Shown here: one piece after another, positions 61,449 through 64,000 of the stretch
Position numbering within the stretch: position 1 is the stretch's first letter
Layout of the letters: every line of letters starts with the position of its first letter
Origin: Deinococci bacterium
Lineage (GTDB): Bacteria; Deinococcota; Deinococci; Deinococcales; Trueperaceae
Reading direction: 5' to 3'
Length of the DNA: 64,000 bases
NCBI GenBank assembly: GCA_030149325.1
Contig: JASBRS010000076.1
Location: forward strand, 15,290 to 79,289
The notes under the pieces: generated by a model
The model's database searches: none
What the model was told of the DNA's origin: nothing
What the model saw: only the letters and a program-made list of their open reading frames with translations
Position numbers and translations under genes: made by a program

Positions 61449-62093
61449 TCAGTCCAGCAGGTTGTGCTCGAGGGCCCAGCGCACCAGCTCGGCTCGGGTC
61501 TTGACCCCGAGCTTCTCCGAGGCGCGCTCACGGTAGGTGGCGACGGTCTTCTCACTGATGCCCAGGGCCTCGGCGATCTCCTTGTAGGTGCTGCCGTGGG
61601 CGATGTGCCGCACCACCTCGTGCTCACGCTGCGTCAGCCGGGCGTTGCGGTAGGGATCGCCGCTGGCCATCTCGCGGGCCAGCTCGGCCAGCAGCCGCGC
61701 GGGCGCGTAGTACTCCCCCCGCGACACCGCCAGGATGGCATCGACGAGCTGCATCTCCAGCGAGCTCTTGGGCACGTAGCCCGATCCCCCGGCCTCCAGG
61801 AAGCCCTGCACGTACTCCGGGTCCTCGTGCATCGACAGGGCGATGAAGCGCGTCTCGGGCAGGCGCCGCTTCAGGGCCCGGACCGCCTCGATGCCGTTCA
61901 TGCCGGGCAACGACAGGTCGAGCAGCACCACGTCCGCCTCGAGCTCCTCCAGCGCCTCCAGCGCCTCCTCGGCACTCTCCGCCTCACCGACCACCTCGAG
62001 GGCGTCCTGCGCGTTGAGGAGCATGCGCACGCCGGCGCGCACGATGGCATGGTCGTCCACCATGAACAGGCGGATGGGGTGGCGTTGGCTCAC
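61449..62093 (-). CDS. NarL/LuxR-family response regulator
   Basis: Trimmed to GTG 62093, 5 nt after the kinase stop. IRLFMVDDHAIVRAGVRMLL ... DVVLLDLSLPGMNGIEAV is the receiver domain with its phospho-Asp. LTQREHEVVRHIAHGSTYKEIAEALGISEKTVATYRERASEKLG is the LuxR HTH. Confidence 0.9.
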   Translation of the reverse strand: MSQRHPIRLFMVDDHAIVRAGVRMLLNAQDALEVVGEAESAEEALEALEELEADVVLLDLSLPGMNGIEAVRALKRRLPETRFIALSMHEDPEYVQGFLEAGGSGYVPKSSLEMQLVDAILAVSRGEYYAPARLLAELAREMASGDPYRNARLTQREHEVVRHIAHGSTYKEIAEALGISEKTVATYRERASEKLGVKTRAELVRWALEHNLLD

Positions 62094-62098
62094 GTGCC

Positions 62099-63211
62099 CT
62101 AGCGTACCGGCAATCGGGCGTACAGGGCGGTGCCCTGTCCGAGCTCGCTCTCGATGCGGAGGCTGCCGCCCAGCACCTCGAGCCGTTCGCGCATGCCCAT
62201 CAGACCGACCTGCTCGCCCGGCAGCAGGGCCTCGGGACGGAAGCCGATGCCGTCGTCCTCGACGACGCACTGGACGTAGCTGTTGTACGACGTCACCACC
62301 ACCGAGCCGTGGCGGGCGGTGGCGTGACGGACGATGTTGGTGAGCCCCTCCTGGACCACCCGGTAGAGCACGATCTCCTCCTGGCGATCGAGCCGCGAGG
62401 GCAGGTTCACCAGCACGCTGACGTCGAGCCCGTAGCGCTCGTGGACGTCGCGAGCGTAGCGGCGGATGCCGGCCTCGAGCCCCAGCTCGTCGAGCACCGA
62501 GTGGCGCAGGTCGAGCGCGATGCGCCGGACGTCGGCCAGCGTGACCGCCGCCAGCTCCTTGAGCTGCGAGAGGCTGTGGGCATCGGGGCGGTCGAGGTTC
62601 TGGTCGAGCCCCAGCAGGATGCCCGTGAGCGCCTGGCCGATCTGGTCGTGCAGGTCGCGCGAGATGCGCCCCCGCTCCTCCTCCTGGGCGGTGAGGAAGG
62701 CCTGCAGCAGACGCGAGCGCTGCTGCTCCTTCTCCGCCAGCCTCTGCAGCAGGTGGGCGTGCTTGAGCGACGCCCGGATGACGTCGGTGACGGCGCCCAG
62801 GAAGCCTTCGGAGACCTCCTGCCCGCCCGACAGCGCCAGCATGGCGACGTCGTCGACCGGCACCAGCAACCACTCGCCATGGCGAACGACGCGTCCCTCG
62901 GCCAGCACCTGGTCGCCGCGGGCCACCAGGTCCGGCCGCTTCGGGCACTCCCCGAGAGGATCGAACGGGCACAACCCCACCGACACCGCCTGCAGGGGTC
63001 GGTGGTCCTCCCGCCTGAGCAGCGCCTCGCCGCAGGTGAACCAGCCCATCTCCAACAGGGCCGTCAGCGAGCGCGTGAGGACGTCCTCCCCGCGCAGGGC
63101 GTCGGAGACCGCCTCGGCCAGCCGGTGCAGGGTGTCGAGCTCCCGACTGCGCCGCTGCGCCTCGTCGAGCACGGAGGCCGTGTCTACCATCGGGAGGACC
63201 CGCCGGAGCAT
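62099..63211 (-). CDS. soluble GAF-domain sensor histidine kinase (HisKA_3 / NarL-partner type)
   Basis: No TM segment. The N-terminal ~150-aa domain is GAF-like, with Cys60, Cys81 and Cys89. The H-box is EEERGRISRDLHDQIGQALTG. The ATPase region is VVQEGLTNIVRHA (N box) ... VEDDGIGF ... VGLMGMRERLEVLGG. Confidence 0.85.
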   Translation of the reverse strand: MLRRVLPMVDTASVLDEAQRRSRELDTLHRLAEAVSDALRGEDVLTRSLTALLEMGWFTCGEALLRREDHRPLQAVSVGLCPFDPLGECPKRPDLVARGDQVLAEGRVVRHGEWLLVPVDDVAMLALSGGQEVSEGFLGAVTDVIRASLKHAHLLQRLAEKEQQRSRLLQAFLTAQEEERGRISRDLHDQIGQALTGILLGLDQNLDRPDAHSLSQLKELAAVTLADVRRIALDLRHSVLDELGLEAGIRRYARDVHERYGLDVSVLVNLPSRLDRQEEIVLYRVVQEGLTNIVRHATARHGSVVVTSYNSYVQCVVEDDGIGFRPEALLPGEQVGLMGMRERLEVLGGSLRIESELGQGTALYARLPVR

Positions 63212-63230
63212 GCCTCCATCATAGGCGGGC

Positions 63231-63773
63231 CTAGGGGACCGGGTGCGCCTCGACCGGGAGCGTCTCGTCGGCCGCCGTCGGTTGCGGGCGCAGCATCATG
63301 ACGGGCACGTGGAGGCTGCGCAGCACCGCCTCGGCCACGCTGCCGAGGAGCAGCCGGCCCAGGCCGCTGCGACCGTGGGTGGCCATCACCACCAGCGCCA
63401 CCTGCTCGCTCCGGGCGACCTCGATGATCTCCTGCGCTGGATCGCCGAAGCGCACCAGCGCCGTCACCCCGAAACCGGACTCGGTCAGCAGGCTCAGCTC
63501 GGGCTCGAGCTCCTGGCGCAACTCCGCCCTCAGACCGTCCCACACCTGGCTCTGGAAGATGGGGTGCTCATGGTCGCGGGGGTCGCGGCCGAGCAGCCAG
63601 CCGTCGAGGGCCAGCGGGCGCGGCGGCGGGCTGGTCACGCCCTCGGGCGTCGAGGCCACGCGCAACAGGATCACGGAGAACAGACGCGCGTCGAGCAGCG
63701 AACGGATGTACGGCAGGACCTGGCGGCTGAACTCCGACCCGTCCAGTGGGACGAGCACCTTGTGAGGCGCCAT
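63231..63773 (-). CDS. universal stress protein (UspA family)
   Basis: Trimmed to ATG 63773, after GGAGGTG. KVLVPLDGSEFSRQVLPYI ... DPAQEIIEVARSEQVALVVMATHGRSGLGRLLLGSVAEAVLRSLHVPVMML carries the ATP-binding G-2x-G-9x-GS motif. Confidence 0.85.
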   Translation of the reverse strand: MAPHKVLVPLDGSEFSRQVLPYIRSLLDARLFSVILLRVASTPEGVTSPPPRPLALDGWLLGRDPRDHEHPIFQSQVWDGLRAELRQELEPELSLLTESGFGVTALVRFGDPAQEIIEVARSEQVALVVMATHGRSGLGRLLLGSVAEAVLRSLHVPVMMLRPQPTAADETLPVEAHPVP

Positions 63774-63836
63774 GGCGTCACCTCCTCGAGCCGGCTCGTG
63801 CCATGCGCCGGCCCGCACCGGCGCCGGCCGCGACCT

Positions 63837-64000
63837 TCAGTCGTCCTCGGTGTGGGTGCGGATGAGCAGGAAGGGCTTGTCGGAGCGACGCAACGCGCCC
63901 TCCGCCACCGAGCCGAACATCCAGCGGTTGAACCCGCGCCTGCCGTGCGTCCCCATGATGACGGCGTCGCATTCGGCCTCGGCCTCGTGGATCGCTTGCA
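63837..64000 (-). CDS. universal stress protein, C-terminal part only (gene continues beyond the window end)
   Basis: Not in the ORF track. Reverse translation reads ...QAIHEAEAECDAVIMGTHGRRGFNRWMFGSVAEGALRRSDKPFLLIRTHTEDD, with stop TGA at 63837-63839. Confidence 0.7.
   Translation of the reverse strand, partial: QAIHEAEAECDAVIMGTHGRRGFNRWMFGSVAEGALRRSDKPFLLIRTHTEDD

Overview
High-GC (roughly 70% by eye) bacterial chromosomal segment, densely coding on both strands (about 60 genes). I recognise no rRNA, tRNA, CRISPR array, transposase or integrase. All calls come from reading the ORF translations and the DNA; no database search was run, so family names are motif and architecture recognition from memory. 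CDS starts were trimmed from the ORF track by counting codons to the first start with a plausible SD.

Content, left to right:
- A truncated LacI gene and a frameshifted GNAT.
- MarR with two small ABM-like proteins, then a secreted TPR protein.
- A regulator + MMPL/HpnN-like RND pump + LolA-like periplasmic protein + outer-membrane beta-barrel module (3.6-8.7 kb).
- A ~21-kb L-rhamnose/rhamnoside utilisation island: CUT1 ABC importer + LacI, a GH78-like protein, a DeoR regulator, rhaM, a rhaSTPQ-type ABC importer, rhaI, rhaB, the fused aldolase/dehydrogenase rhaEW, and a classical GH78.
- A divergent membrane-lipid/terpenoid tailoring locus: CrtI-like flavoprotein, SDR, NTF2-like and a small 4-TM protein, facing a PlsY-family acyltransferase that overlaps a CrtQ/HpnB-like GT2.
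- Assorted genes: APH-like kinase, an SDR relic, msrB, RraA-like, ornithine-cyclodeaminase-like, LysE, EamA, a KhtT/KhtU-like antiporter, fasciclin, class-A beta-lactamase-like, ppsR/ppsA, msrA.
- A cytochrome bc operon in the Thermus-type order fbcC-X-F-B. Together with the predicted outer-membrane proteins this suggests a Deinococcota-like host (inference only).
- GNAT, Gfo/Idh/MocA, SDR and a GH15 glucoamylase.
- A soluble GAF histidine kinase / NarL regulator preceded by two universal stress proteins.

I see no obvious phage-defence or mobile island. The most unusual items are:
- the pump/LolA-like/barrel module;
- the lipid-tailoring locus;
- an atypical di-haem FbcC with a cytoplasmic Ig-like domain;
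- a GH78-like gene whose conserved N-terminus lacks a canonical start codon;
- an orphan GGA-rich intergenic region at 61.1-61.4 kb.
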